A DNA stretch of 64,000 nucleotides from an uncultured bacterium (lineage in GTDB: Bacteria; Patescibacteriota; Minisyncoccia; Phycocordibacterales; Phycocordibacteraceae): contig CAIJZI010000005.1 of the NCBI GenBank assembly GCA_903825105.1, positions 18,821-82,820 of the forward strand, in the 5' to 3' direction. Below the pieces are notes generated by a model. It had not been told where the DNA came from. It ran no database searches and saw only the letters and a list, made by a program, of their open reading frames with translations. This document shows, in pieces, positions 1 to 9,911 of the stretch; the first letter of the stretch is position 1, and each line of letters opens with the position of its first letter. The translations under genes and the position numbers were made by a program.

Positions 1-123
1 TTACCCTCGGGGTTAAAACGGCTATAAAAGAAAAAGAAAACATTGTTTCCGATCATTTGTCAGAACAGTTGTGGCTCCGTAATCATTAATTACGCTATGA
101 ATACACCAAAATCTTTTCCTATT

Positions 124-555
124 ATGATCAAGCGAGATGGTGGATTTACACTAATAATTGCACTCTTTTCCCTTGCTCTTTTTTTTACTCTTGCTACTGC
201 TTATTTAAACACTGTCATCGGCTCTGCACAGACTGGTCGGCACAATATAGAAAATGCACAGGCATTCGCTCTCGCAGAAGGAGGGGTCGATAAGGCGATT
301 TCTCAATTGGACCAAAATGATGATTACCGCGGCGAAGAAAACACGAGACTCTCACCCGGAGCATTCACTATCACAATTTCCGTTATCGATAGTTCTTCAA
401 GAGAGGTAACAGTAACTGGATTCGTACCAAACAACATAAACTCAACAGCGACGAGAACAGTCAAGGTTCTGGTAAAACAGATTTCTGAAAAAAAGAAGAC
501 TGACCCTACTACTTATTGGATGTTTGTTCCCGGAAGTTATGTGATACTGCGCTAA
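124..555 (+). CDS. prepilin-type N-terminal domain protein, PilX-like minor pilin (no Glu at +5)
   Basis: ORF 43..555; N-terminus MIKRDGGFTLIIALFSLALFF resembles prepilin cleavage/methylation helix; AFALAEGGVDKAI resembles PilX N-domain; ATG at 124 (alt 97). Confidence 0.5.
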   Translation: MIKRDGGFTLIIALFSLALFFTLATAYLNTVIGSAQTGRHNIENAQAFALAEGGVDKAISQLDQNDDYRGEENTRLSPGAFTITISVIDSSSREVTVTGFVPNNINSTATRTVKVLVKQISEKKKTDPTTYWMFVPGSYVILR

Positions 556-578
556 TCTTATTTTGCTATACTGAAAGA

Positions 579-1322
579 ATGATTATTGTTGCCAATTGGA
601 AAGCTTATATAGATGATTTTGAAAAGGCAAAGAAGCTCTTCGCGATCAGTAAAAGGATTGCTCGTGCATCAAAAAATAAAATAATTCTGGCGATACCAGC
701 ACCTTTTATCGGCGCGTTCGCTGTTAAAAATAAAACAAAAGTCGCCTTTTCTGCACAAGATGTTTCTTTAACGACCGGAGGCGCCTCAACAGGGGAGATA
801 ACTGCCCAGGCGTATTCTGCTGTTGGAGCAACATACGCAATCATAGGACATTCTGAACGCCGCCGGGCGGGCGACGATTATTCTGTCGTCGCGAATAAAC
901 TCGCGCACGCTATTACACACGGACTCACGCCGATTCTTTGTGTTGGCGAACAAGAACGCGATAGTGAAGGAAAATATTTATCATCGGTGCGAGAACAGAT
1001 CGTTACCGCTCTTGAACCACTCACACAAAAAGAGCGAACAGAAATTATAGTCGCGTATGAGCCTATTTGGGCGATCGGCATAGACCCGACCGGCGTTATC
1101 GCCCCAAATGATCTCACTGAAATGGTTTTGTATATTAGAAAAGTGCTTGCGGAACTTCTGCCAGGGAAAAGTTCTGCCCATTCTCTCGTTCTCTACGGAG
1201 GTTCGGTAGAGCAGGGGGGCATTAGAGCTCTCGCGGCTAATTCTGGTGTGGACGGATTTCTCGTGGGGCGCAGTTCAGTCGACCCCCACACTTTTTCAGC
1301 ATTGGTAAAACAGCTCGACTAA
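579..1322 (+). CDS. tpiA: triosephosphate isomerase
   Basis: MIIVANWKAY...GHSERR...VAYEPIWAIG...YGGSV motifs typical of TIM; ATG at 579. Confidence 0.9.
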   Translation: MIIVANWKAYIDDFEKAKKLFAISKRIARASKNKIILAIPAPFIGAFAVKNKTKVAFSAQDVSLTTGGASTGEITAQAYSAVGATYAIIGHSERRRAGDDYSVVANKLAHAITHGLTPILCVGEQERDSEGKYLSSVREQIVTALEPLTQKERTEIIVAYEPIWAIGIDPTGVIAPNDLTEMVLYIRKVLAELLPGKSSAHSLVLYGGSVEQGGIRALAANSGVDGFLVGRSSVDPHTFSALVKQLD

Positions 1323-1323
1323 T

Positions 1324-2400
1324 ATGCGCAGTGTTCGCGACATAAAATTGTTTGAGAATATCCCGATACTCGTACGAGCACCTCTGAATGTGCCCGTAGA
1401 AAATGGCGTCGTTACTAATGATTATCGACTTCGTCGCGCATTACCGACCATCAAATTTCTTTCAGAAAAAGGCGCGCGCGTTATTCTTATAGGTCATATC
1501 GGAGAAAAAGGGACGGAGACTCTGGCTCCTGTCGCTGATGCTTTAAGTAAATTAATTTCTGGTGTTTCCTTTTTCCCAGAGACGATTGGCGAGCGAGCGC
1601 GTGCGGCGATACGCGATTTGGTACCGGGGAATATTCTCGTCCTCGAAAATTTGCGTCGAAATAGTGGCGAGAAAAATAATGATAAAAACTTTGCGAGAGA
1701 ATTGGCGGGGTTGGGAGATATTTTTGTTCAAGATTCTTTTGACACTTGCCACCGGACGCACGCATCGATTGTTGGTGTTCCAGAGATTTTACCTTCATAC
1801 GCTGGCCTTCTTCTCGAAGAAGAGGTGCGTGAATTAACGAGTGCGCTCAAGCCAAAATCTCCATCGCTCGCGGTTATCGGCGGTGCGAAATTTTCTACCA
1901 AAGAGCCGGTGCTGGAGAAATTATTAGAAATATATGACAAAGTCTTTGTCGGCGGCGCGCTCGCAAACGACTTTTTAAAAGCTCACGGGACTGATGTTAA
2001 AAAATCGCTCGTGTCTAATGCAGGCCAAGAAGCAATTAAAAAAATACTTTCGAATAAAAAACTGGTTTTGCCGATTGATTTTGTTATGAAAGATGAAATG
2101 ATTCTTGATTCTGGCGTAGGAACTTCTGCACTCTTAAATGATTTGGCGAAAAAAGCGAAGACGATTATCTGGAATGGCCCGCTCGGTAATTATGAAAATG
2201 GTTTTGTCGGCGCGACCAATGCATTCGCACAGTCAGTCGCGAATTCAAAAGCTCATTCGATTATCGGGGGAGGGGACACAATTGCGGCAATAGAACAATT
2301 GGGAATTATGTCTGACTTTTCATTCGTATCGACGGGTGGTGGCGCGATGCTCAACTTCCTCGCGCAGGGGACATTGCCCGGCATCAAAGCACTCAATTAA
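1324..2400 (+). CDS. pgk: phosphoglycerate kinase
   Basis: 358 aa, N-terminal VRAPLNVP and C-terminal GGGAMLNFL/GxLPG typical PGK; starts 2 nt after tpiA stop. Confidence 0.9.
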   Translation: MRSVRDIKLFENIPILVRAPLNVPVENGVVTNDYRLRRALPTIKFLSEKGARVILIGHIGEKGTETLAPVADALSKLISGVSFFPETIGERARAAIRDLVPGNILVLENLRRNSGEKNNDKNFARELAGLGDIFVQDSFDTCHRTHASIVGVPEILPSYAGLLLEEEVRELTSALKPKSPSLAVIGGAKFSTKEPVLEKLLEIYDKVFVGGALANDFLKAHGTDVKKSLVSNAGQEAIKKILSNKKLVLPIDFVMKDEMILDSGVGTSALLNDLAKKAKTIIWNGPLGNYENGFVGATNAFAQSVANSKAHSIIGGGDTIAAIEQLGIMSDFSFVSTGGGAMLNFLAQGTLPGIKALN

Positions 2401-2457
2401 TTTAAGAATATAAAGATTTAAATATATAAATTAAATATAAAAATGAGTGGGTAAAAG

Positions 2458-2495
2458 CAAAACCCGCGGCGCGCATGCGCGCCGCGGGGTTGTTG
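2458..2495. terminator. GC-rich hairpin (cccgcggcgcgcatgcgcgccgcggg) between convergent pgk and membrane-protein gene
   Basis: perfect palindrome followed/preceded by A/T runs; bidirectional intrinsic terminator candidate. Confidence 0.6.
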
Positions 2496-2504
2496 ATTAA
2501 AAGA

Positions 2505-2966
2505 TCAGGTGGTTTTTGCTCGTGACAGTCGCCGTTTGGCGAGCTTTTGGTAGATCAGAATGACCCCACCGAAGACAACGCCGAGTCCGAGTGGCAAGTT
2601 GGCGAGGAAGTTGAGCAGCCAATTGCGCCACGGATTCGGCTCTTCGATTGAATCAAATGCCGACATCCCCACAACAACGAATGTGACTGCTATTAAACTG
2701 CCGGCAAGGACTCTTGCCATATCATGTGCACAAATCAGCGCAACCATTGCGAGCGCAGCGCTGAAACCACACAAGATTCTTTCAACCTTCTTGTTTTCAT
2801 CCCTTGTTAAAAGAGACGCACATACGCCGCCAAGCGCAGATATTACAATCGCGGTGATCATCGCAGCGTCCAAGTCTCTTAAAAAGAGATAGTACGCTAC
2901 TGCAATGACCACAATTTGGAAGAAGAAAATTCCGCACACCCACTTCCAGTTTCTCAATTCAATCAT
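2505..2966 (-). CDS. small polytopic membrane protein (paralog A of 38227..38673)
   Basis: ORF 2505..3101 trimmed to ATG at 2966 (MIELRNWKW) preceded by AGAAGGAG RBS; 3-4 predicted TM helices; shares N- and C-terminal motifs with 38227..38673. Confidence 0.6.
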   Translation of the reverse strand: MIELRNWKWVCGIFFFQIVVIAVAYYLFLRDLDAAMITAIVISALGGVCASLLTRDENKKVERILCGFSAALAMVALICAHDMARVLAGSLIAVTFVVVGMSAFDSIEEPNPWRNWLLNFLANLPLGLGVVFGGVILIYQKLAKRRLSRAKTT

Positions 2967-3025
2967 TTTGAACTCCTTCTTTGGTACAAACTTCCGATAG
3001 AATACTATGCCAATTCCTAAAAAAG

Positions 3026-3439
3026 TCAAACAATTTTCTCTCGAATCTTTTCTGCTATTTCTGAGGCAGAGGTTGGAGTAGGGCAGTCCGTCTCGGGCCA
3101 AAATTCGAATTCGTTTCGCGCGTGGCGTGGAATAATATGGAAGTGGAGGTGGTGAACGACTTGTCCGGCCGCCTCGCCGTGATTTGAGTTGATGTGAACG
3201 CCGTGCGCGCCAACAGCATCGCGTACTGCAGGAGAAATCTTTCGTACGGTTCTCATTATTGCCGAGAGCGTCTCGTCGTCTATGTCAAAAATATTTTCAA
3301 AAGGTTTTTTCGGTATGACGAGTGTGTGCCCGAGAGCTATTGGCTTAATATCAAGAAAAGCGAGCGTCTGAGCATCTTCATACACAATGTCAGCCGGTAT
3401 CTCGCGCTTAACAATCTTCATAAAAACGGTATCCTCCAT
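3026..3439 (-). CDS. HIT family (histidine triad) nucleotide hydrolase
   Basis: 137 aa with HHLHFHIIP histidine-triad motif and N-terminal IVKREIPADIVYED. Confidence 0.85.
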   Translation of the reverse strand: MEDTVFMKIVKREIPADIVYEDAQTLAFLDIKPIALGHTLVIPKKPFENIFDIDDETLSAIMRTVRKISPAVRDAVGAHGVHINSNHGEAAGQVVHHLHFHIIPRHARNEFEFWPETDCPTPTSASEIAEKIREKIV

Positions 3440-3483
3440 TGCATTTAATTCTACAACCTATAACCTACTCTCTACAAGCTCCT

Positions 3484-5202
3484 ATGTTTCCGCTTCACGA
3501 CTCACTTGATAAAAATCTTCGAGAAGAATTGTCAGCATATGACGACTTAACTTCTGCACTCCTCGCGAGGCGTGGCATTTTAAAAAAAGAAGAGGCAGAA
3601 AAATTTTTGAATCCTTCGTACGATCTGCATCTCCACGATCCTTTTTTAATGACAGACATGAGAAAAGCTGCAGAGAGATTCGCCGATGCGATTTTAAAAG
3701 GGGAGAGGATCGCCGTGTGGAGCGACTATGACTGCGACGGTGTCCCGGGCGCCGTTATCCTCCACGATTTTCTTAAAAAGGTTGACGCGAATTTTGAAAT
3801 ATATATTCCGCATCGCCACGATGAAGGGTATGGGATGAATGTTGAGGGGATAGAAAAGCTTGCTTCAAATAAGGTAAAACTTATTGTCACCGTCGATTCT
3901 GGGATCACCGATCACGAGCCCGTCTCGCGTGCAAAAGAATTAGGGATTGATGTGATTATTACCGACCATCATTTACCTAAAGAAACATTGCCTGATGCAT
4001 ATGCCATTGTGAATCCGAATGCCAGAGCAGATGAAAAATATCCCTTCCATGAACTCTGTGGTTCTGGCGTCGCGTGGAAATTGGTGTGTGCTGTTCTTTT
4101 TATTTCTCCAACACTCCGAGAAAAAGCTCCGCTTGGTTGGGAGAAATGGCTACTTGATATGGTCGGGCTCGCGACCATTGCCGACATGGTCTCACTCACA
4201 GGAGAAAATCGCGTGCTCGCTACATATGGATTAAAAGTGCTGCGGAAGTCGCCACGAATTGGATTCCAAAAATTGTGTAAAGTGATGCGTGTGAATCAGC
4301 GCCAAATTACCGAAGATGATGTCGGCTTTATGATCGCGCCGCGCGTGAATGCTGCGAGCCGTATGGGTGACGCGTTTGATGCTTTTAAAATGTTTATCAC
4401 TAACGATGAGGGAGAGGCTGAGCTACTCGCGAGTAAATTAGAAAAAATAAATAAACAAAGAAAGGTTGAAGCGGGCGTCATCACGCGCGCCGTGCATACA
4501 AAGTTAAAAGAAAAAAGTGAAATAAGAAATGTCATTGCACTCGGTGATCCGGAGTGGCGGCCAGCACTTCTCGGGCTCGTCGCGGGAACCATCGCAGACG
4601 AATATGAGCGGCCTGTATTTTTATGGGGAAGGGAAGGCAACAATACTTTTAAAGGGTCGGTGCGGAGCGGGAGTGTGCACGCACTCGAGCTGATGCAGGC
4701 AGCTGAAAAAACTTTTGTTGAATTCGGCGGTCACTCAGCAGCCGGCGGTTTCACTGTGCGAGATGACGCGATATTTTTTCTCGAAGATAAATTAGTTGAA
4801 GCATATGAGCGCCTTCCAAAAAAAGAAGAGGTGGATGATATTTCTAATTATGCTGATGCAGTGATCACTCCTGAAGAAGCGAATGAATCATTTTTAAAAA
4901 AGATTGAGAAGCTGTCTCCATTTGGTATGCAAAATGCGAAGCCCGTGTTCCTGCTCCGCGAGATTGTCGTGAGAGAGATTTCACGCTTTGGAAAAGGGAA
5001 GGAACATTTAAAATTAAAAATCAGTTCGCGAGATAAAAATAATAAAATTGATGCGGTCACCTTTTTTGTAAAAGGGAATATTGCGCGCACCATTGAGACT
5101 ATTCAACCAAACGGCGTCGCGACCATTCTCGCGCATCTCGAGCGCGACACCTTCAGCTATGGCAACCCCGTCCGCTTGCGCCTTTTGGATATCAAACTAT
5201 AG
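3484..5202 (+). CDS. recJ: single-stranded-DNA-specific exonuclease RecJ
   Basis: DHH motifs (DYDCDGV, VDSGITDH, ITDHH) and DHHA1-like C-terminus; track ORF begins at TTG 3439, first ATG at 3484. Confidence 0.85.
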   Translation: MFPLHDSLDKNLREELSAYDDLTSALLARRGILKKEEAEKFLNPSYDLHLHDPFLMTDMRKAAERFADAILKGERIAVWSDYDCDGVPGAVILHDFLKKVDANFEIYIPHRHDEGYGMNVEGIEKLASNKVKLIVTVDSGITDHEPVSRAKELGIDVIITDHHLPKETLPDAYAIVNPNARADEKYPFHELCGSGVAWKLVCAVLFISPTLREKAPLGWEKWLLDMVGLATIADMVSLTGENRVLATYGLKVLRKSPRIGFQKLCKVMRVNQRQITEDDVGFMIAPRVNAASRMGDAFDAFKMFITNDEGEAELLASKLEKINKQRKVEAGVITRAVHTKLKEKSEIRNVIALGDPEWRPALLGLVAGTIADEYERPVFLWGREGNNTFKGSVRSGSVHALELMQAAEKTFVEFGGHSAAGGFTVRDDAIFFLEDKLVEAYERLPKKEEVDDISNYADAVITPEEANESFLKKIEKLSPFGMQNAKPVFLLREIVVREISRFGKGKEHLKLKISSRDKNNKIDAVTFFVKGNIARTIETIQPNGVATILAHLERDTFSYGNPVRLRLLDIKL

Positions 5203-5209
5203 TTAATTT

Positions 5210-5632
5210 ATGAATTTTACTATCAATGCCGACGGGGGATCGAGAGGTAATCCGGGAGCTTCAGGAGTTGGCGCGACGATTCGCGATGAGTCAAATACCA
5301 TTGTCGCGACGGTCTCAAAATTTCTTGGCACGCACACCAACAATTTTGCTGAATATGAATCCGTCATTCTCGCTTTTGCAGAGCTCTCAAAAATTGTTCC
5401 GGTTGGGAAAAGAGGCGAGACAAAAGTGATAGTGAAGATGGACAGCGAACTTGTTGTGAAGCAAATGCGTGGCGAGTACAAAGTAAAAAATGCGGATTTA
5501 AAAGAGCAGTACGCACGACTTCTACAAAACATCGGCGCATTCGGGAATGTTTCATTCACTCATGTGCGACGCGAATTAAATAGCGACGCCGACGCGCTCG
5601 CAAACGAAGCGATGGATCGCGGCGCGCATTAG
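5210..5632 (+). CDS. rnhA: ribonuclease HI-like protein
   Basis: 140 aa; N-terminal INADGGSRGNPGASGVG and acidic catalytic residues layout of RNase H type 1. Confidence 0.8.
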   Translation: MNFTINADGGSRGNPGASGVGATIRDESNTIVATVSKFLGTHTNNFAEYESVILAFAELSKIVPVGKRGETKVIVKMDSELVVKQMRGEYKVKNADLKEQYARLLQNIGAFGNVSFTHVRRELNSDADALANEAMDRGAH

Positions 5633-5668
5633 TTTCACACGAAGGTACTTTAAATGATTCACAAAGAA

Positions 5669-5695
5669 AGCCACCACAATCCGTGGCGGCTTTTA
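5669..5695. terminator. hairpin gccaccacaatccgtggc + T-run between convergent rnhA and 5703..6020
   Basis: 5-6 bp GC stem followed by GGCTTTT. Confidence 0.5.
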
Positions 5696-5702
5696 AATCG
5701 GT

Positions 5703-6020
5703 TCAAGCGCATTCGCTGAGAGCTTCTTCTTTTTTTCGTTCTTCCTCAAGTCCCTCAACGATCTTGCGATCTTCTTCTTCACTCGGCGCGAAACAGTCCG
5801 GGAAATGCTTGAACTTCTCATAGAAATGTTTGTCGTTCACAAATATTTCGCGGACATATTCATCTCCCGAAGCGATCGAATCAATGCAGTAATCGCAGTG
5901 ATAGGTGCGTTGAGCGACAAACGATTTGGTGGTGCGCAAGAAACGCCAATACAATCTTCGCAGTTTCCTTCGCTTCTTTTCTTCCTCTTTTTTGAACTGC
6001 TGCAAATCAACAACAGCCAT
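5703..6020 (-). CDS. hypothetical charged small protein with CxxC pair
   Basis: 105 aa ORF, lysine/glutamate-rich, HCDYC motif; no recognisable family. Confidence 0.4.
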   Translation of the reverse strand: MAVVDLQQFKKEEEKKRRKLRRLYWRFLRTTKSFVAQRTYHCDYCIDSIASGDEYVREIFVNDKHFYEKFKHFPDCFAPSEEEDRKIVEGLEEERKKEEALSECA

Positions 6021-6070
6021 CGCAGACCTCCAAAAGATCCCTCAGATCGGGATAATAGCACAAAAGAATT

Positions 6071-7693
6071 TTGAGTTCTTGCTACCATAGTTTCATGAGG
6101 TTTTTGATTTCTGTCGTCCTTGGATTTGCGAGTGGAATATTTTTGCGCTCGATTTTTATTTTTTCTTGGCCGGTCATTTTGTTTTCACTTCTTCTCGCGA
6201 TTTTATTTTTAACAGCTGCGTTTTTAAAATCGCGCCTTGCGTACACGCTTGGCGCGGTTTTTTGTTTGTTCATAGTTTTCGGAATATTGCGCGCGCAGAC
6301 TGCCGACACGCCACTCCCAAAATCTTTTGCGAGCGAATTACATCATCGTGTTTCGTATGAAGGCGTTGTTGTTTCTGATCCTGACATTCGCGATGCGAAT
6401 CAACGCTTTGAAGTGTCTGTTACAAAAAATGATGCGACAACAAAAATTCTTATTTCTACTCTGCGCACAAAAACAATTTCTGTTGGCGATAAAGTAGAGG
6501 TATCTGGAGTTCTTTTGGTTCCACAAAATTTTTCAACTGATGGTGGCCCTCCTTCGCTTGGCTTCGGCGGGACAAGTAGAGTTTTTAATTATGAAAAATA
6601 TTTACAGCGTGACGGTGTGCGATTCATTATCAATTTTGCTTCAGTAAGTGTTTTACAAAAAGCGCCATGGTATTCAATCTCATCTGCGCTCGCAAAAATA
6701 AAACATTTATTTTTAAATGGACTTTCTGCAACACTGCCCGAGCCGTATGCATCGCTCGCTGGCGGTGTCGTGATAGGAGGGAAGACCGGCCTCGGCACTG
6801 ATTTACAAAATGCATTTATAAAAAGTGGGCTGGTGCAGATCGTTGTTCTCTCTGGATACAATGTGATGATTATAGCCGAGTGGGTGATGGCGCTCCTCGC
6901 ACACACGAAACTTTCTCGCCGGTGGAGCTCGGTCGCTGGCGTGCTCGCGATTATTATTTTTGTCGGCATCGCCGGAGCGTCAGCGACCGCGATTCGTGCG
7001 TCACTTATGGCATTCATCGCGCTCTACGCGCGAGCTACAGGGAAGTCATACGCAGCGGGCCGTGCGCTTCTTCTCGCAGTCTTTCTTATGCTTATTTGGA
7101 ATCCACTTTATCTAGCCTATGATCCAGGATTTGGATTATCGGTAGCGGCGACAGCAGGAATTATTTGGCTCGCACCAGTTATTGAATCGTGGCTCGGTGA
7201 GTGGAGAAAGATTTTTCAGAGTATGCCAAGTGCAGCGAAGCGAAACGCTCTGAAAAATTTTTATCCCGAACAAGAGCCTTCTTTTTGGATAAACACAATC
7301 GCGACAACAATCGCTGCACAAATCGCTGTTCTTCCACTTCTGCTTTATGACACCGGCAATCTTTCATTCGTCGCCATTCCAGCAAATGTGCTCACGATGC
7401 CAATGGTCCCACTTGCGATGGGTCTCTCCGCGCTCGCCGGTTTCGCGGGAATTATTTTTTCAAATATTGTTCCGCTTGTTGGAATTATTTTTGCATTCCC
7501 TGCGTATGTCGCGAATGCGTATCTTATTTTCATCGCAGAAAAATCTGCGTCCCTGCCATTCGCAGCATTCACCCTTCCTGCGTTTCCGTTTTGGCTTGTA
7601 CTCGTCGTTTATGCGGCACTTATTTTCATAGCGTCGTCAAAACGCTTTTCGACGACAGACCAGTCCAAGTTTTCAAAAAAGGCGTCAATATAA
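6071..7693 (+). CDS. comEC: ComEC/Rec2-family DNA internalisation membrane protein (membrane competence domain only)
   Basis: 540 aa polytopic membrane protein; N-terminal DUF4131-like OB region and LAGGVVIGGKTGL competence-domain signature; no C-terminal MBL domain in this ORF. Confidence 0.75.
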   Translation: MSSCYHSFMRFLISVVLGFASGIFLRSIFIFSWPVILFSLLLAILFLTAAFLKSRLAYTLGAVFCLFIVFGILRAQTADTPLPKSFASELHHRVSYEGVVVSDPDIRDANQRFEVSVTKNDATTKILISTLRTKTISVGDKVEVSGVLLVPQNFSTDGGPPSLGFGGTSRVFNYEKYLQRDGVRFIINFASVSVLQKAPWYSISSALAKIKHLFLNGLSATLPEPYASLAGGVVIGGKTGLGTDLQNAFIKSGLVQIVVLSGYNVMIIAEWVMALLAHTKLSRRWSSVAGVLAIIIFVGIAGASATAIRASLMAFIALYARATGKSYAAGRALLLAVFLMLIWNPLYLAYDPGFGLSVAATAGIIWLAPVIESWLGEWRKIFQSMPSAAKRNALKNFYPEQEPSFWINTIATTIAAQIAVLPLLLYDTGNLSFVAIPANVLTMPMVPLAMGLSALAGFAGIIFSNIVPLVGIIFAFPAYVANAYLIFIAEKSASLPFAAFTLPAFPFWLVLVVYAALIFIASSKRFSTTDQSKFSKKASI

Positions 7694-8145
7694 TTTTTCT
7701 TTTCTGCGGGAACATAATCAACCATATACGCATGCTCCCAAAGATCGAGGGCGAGGATAATCGGCAGTCCAGAAAGTTGACCGAGCTCGTGGTCATTCAC
7801 GAAAAGAGTATGCGTCGTATTCATCACTTTGTCATAATAGACAACAACCCAACCGGTGCCACGCGTACCAGCCACTTCTTTTATTTTTGTAATTAATTCT
7901 TGTCTCTCTGTTTTTGGGGCTACAGCCCCGCTCTCAAGCTCTTCAAAATAATATTCATGCATACGCATCCCGTCGAACTCAAAAGCAAATCGATTTGCAC
8001 TATTATTTTCTAACAATAAATTTATATTTTTTACATATCCTTCATAGAGCGCGAGATGCACCTTAATCTGTTCTTCTGAAATTCCTTTTAAAACCGGCAG
8101 ATTGAATGTTTTTGGTATGTAGGTCATAGGTTGTAAATTTACCAT
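7609..8145 (-). CDS. sod: Fe/Mn superoxide dismutase (short form)
   Basis: DLWEHAY motif plus conserved His/Asp ligand positions (IKVH, MRMHEYYF); C-terminal overlap of about 85 nt with convergent comEC ORF. Confidence 0.7.
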   Translation of the reverse strand: MVNLQPMTYIPKTFNLPVLKGISEEQIKVHLALYEGYVKNINLLLENNSANRFAFEFDGMRMHEYYFEELESGAVAPKTERQELITKIKEVAGTRGTGWVVVYYDKVMNTTHTLFVNDHELGQLSGLPIILALDLWEHAYMVDYVPAEKKNYIDAFFENLDWSVVEKRFDDAMKISAA

Positions 8146-8156
8146 ATAATTTATAG

Positions 8157-8666
8157 ATGCAGCGATTACCGAAAATTTTCTATACGGTCCTTATTTTAAT
8201 ACTCATCGCGGCAAACATTTGTGTCTACCAAACTATTTTTACTCCTCACACGCTTCAAATCTCTGTACTTAATGTTGGAAAGGGGAATTCAGTTCTTATT
8301 CGCACGCCAAATAAAAAGACTATCCTTATAGACACCGGCCCAGACGCGAGCATCTTACGCGCGCTTGGCACGACACTCCCCGAATGGCAGCGAACTATCG
8401 ACATTATTATTCTCACGGGAACCAAATCAAACTTCACGGGCGGTCTGCCCGAGGTTCAGAATAAATATCACACACCAACTCATATTTATTTTGGCACTCC
8501 AGCTTTCCCATATGGCTCACAAATTTCTCTTGATTCTGTTTCTATAAAAATAATTGCCCCCGCGACTCTCACCATCTCTTTCGGCTCTGCTTCACTCCAA
8601 ATCTCATCCTCCACACCAAAGGGCGTGTATGCACCAGACGGGAAGGGAATTATTAAAAAGAATTAG
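8157..8666 (+). CDS. membrane-anchored metallo-beta-lactamase-fold protein resembling the ComEC C-terminal domain, metal-binding motif degenerate
   Basis: LNVGKGNSVLIRTP..ILIDTGPD matches ComEC MBL start (LDVGQGDA); expected HxHxDH position reads LTGTKSNFTGG. Confidence 0.5.
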   Translation: MQRLPKIFYTVLILILIAANICVYQTIFTPHTLQISVLNVGKGNSVLIRTPNKKTILIDTGPDASILRALGTTLPEWQRTIDIIILTGTKSNFTGGLPEVQNKYHTPTHIYFGTPAFPYGSQISLDSVSIKIIAPATLTISFGSASLQISSSTPKGVYAPDGKGIIKKN

Positions 8667-8688
8667 GCGCTCCCTTACGGGAGCGCCT
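8665..8688. terminator. hairpin aggcgctccc-ttac-gggagcgcct between convergent genes
   Basis: 10-bp perfect stem, 4-nt loop. Confidence 0.6.
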
Positions 8689-8736
8689 ATGCTGCTATTT
8701 CCTTTTCTTACTTACCCAGTAGGTGATTGTGCTCAA

Positions 8737-8979
8737 TCAAATAACCTTCGCTTTTTTGAGTGCTGCAAATGCGCCGTTTTTCTTGATTGTTTTAAGCCCC
8801 TTCACCGAGACATTGAGGATGACGGTCTTGCCGATTTCTGCGACATAGACACGGCGTTTCTGGATATTCGCCTTTCTGCGGACCTTGCCGGTCGGGTTGA
8901 ATTGGGTCGCGCGGGTACGATTAGAATACCGCCCGCCGATTTGCGTGCTCTTTCCGGTTATTGCGCAGGTGCGTGCCAT
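8737..8979 (-). CDS. rpmB: 50S ribosomal protein L28
   Basis: MARTCAITGK...typical L28 N-terminus, 80 aa. Confidence 0.9.
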   Translation of the reverse strand: MARTCAITGKSTQIGGRYSNRTRATQFNPTGKVRRKANIQKRRVYVAEIGKTVILNVSVKGLKTIKKNGAFAALKKAKVI

Positions 8980-9017
8980 AGTTGCCCTATGGTAGCATAC
9001 GATACGATAGACGCAAT

Positions 9018-9668
9018 ATGACCACCGCCATTACCCTCATTATCCTTATTCTTTCCGTCATTATGCACGAAGTGGCGCACGGCTATGCCGCGAATTCGCT
9101 TGGCGACCCAACAGCCCGTCTCGCTGGCCGTTTGACTCTCAATCCGATCCCACACATTGATCTCATGGGCTCTATTATTATTCCTGGCCTCCTTGTTTTA
9201 ACGGGCTCGCCAATGCTCTTCGGCTGGGCGAAGCCGGTGCAGTATAATCCATACAATCTTCGCAATCATCGCTGGGGAGAATTTTTTGTTGCTGTCGCTG
9301 GAGCGTGTACAAATATCTCTCTTGCTATTATTTTTGGACTTATTGTTCGTTTTGGCTCGACTGCACTCGCCACAGGTGGCTCTACTATATTCTCGCCAAC
9401 GGCTATTTCTCTCGCTGCGACAATTGCCTTTATAAATCTTTTCCTCGGCATATTTAATCTCATCCCTTTTCCACCGCTCGACGGCTTCACCGCGCTTCGC
9501 TCGGCACTCCCGTGGCGCTTTTCTATCAGTTTTGCTAAATTCGAACACTCTATTCGTAGTATGGGCGTTATTTCTCTTATTCTTTTCTTATTCATCTTCT
9601 CATTTATCTTATCTGGGCCATTCTTCGCTTTTGTTTCTTGGATATTCAGATTTATAACTGGTGTATAG
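9018..9668 (+). CDS. site-2 protease family zinc metalloprotease (peptidase M50)
   Basis: HEVAHG (HExxH) in first TM segment and NLIPFPPLDG motif; ORF trimmed to ATG 9018. Confidence 0.75.
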   Translation: MTTAITLIILILSVIMHEVAHGYAANSLGDPTARLAGRLTLNPIPHIDLMGSIIIPGLLVLTGSPMLFGWAKPVQYNPYNLRNHRWGEFFVAVAGACTNISLAIIFGLIVRFGSTALATGGSTIFSPTAISLAATIAFINLFLGIFNLIPFPPLDGFTALRSALPWRFSISFAKFEHSIRSMGVISLILFLFIFSFILSGPFFAFVSWIFRFITGV

Positions 9669-9737
9669 ATACACCGGATTGCAATTTTAAGAAAATATTA
9701 TATTGTCTATATTAGATACTTGATTGGAGGTGGCCCG

Positions 9738-9911
9738 ATGCGCTTGTGCAAGATGTGTGGAAGGCACATTTTTATCGAAATAGTAGAAAAAAGTGGTAAA
9801 AAGCATTTGCTCAAAGAAGAAAATGGGCACGATCTCTGTAAAAGATGTTGGCGCGCGCTAAGAAACAAAACACGAGATAAGCCAGAAGAAACCAGACTAG
9901 AAAACCCTTGA
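9738..9911 (+). CDS. small zinc-ribbon protein (CxxC...CxxC)
   Basis: 57 aa from ATG 9738 preceded by GGAGGTG RBS; CKMCGRH...CKRCWR; followed by strong terminator. Confidence 0.4.
   Translation: MRLCKMCGRHIFIEIVEKSGKKHLLKEENGHDLCKRCWRALRNKTRDKPEETRLENP

Noticed and set aside
605-2000. Multiple 60-100 aa ORFs antisense or out of frame within tpiA/pgk (e.g. 605..844, 878..1117, 1487..1798, 1562..1837)
   Set aside because: They lie entirely inside well-supported conserved genes and have no RBS or recognisable product. They are shadow ORFs.
3439-3483. Track start of recJ at 3439
   Set aside because: Position 3439 is TTG and overlaps the HIT gene start codon on the other strand. The first ATG is at 3484, so 3484 is used, although the TTG start cannot be excluded.
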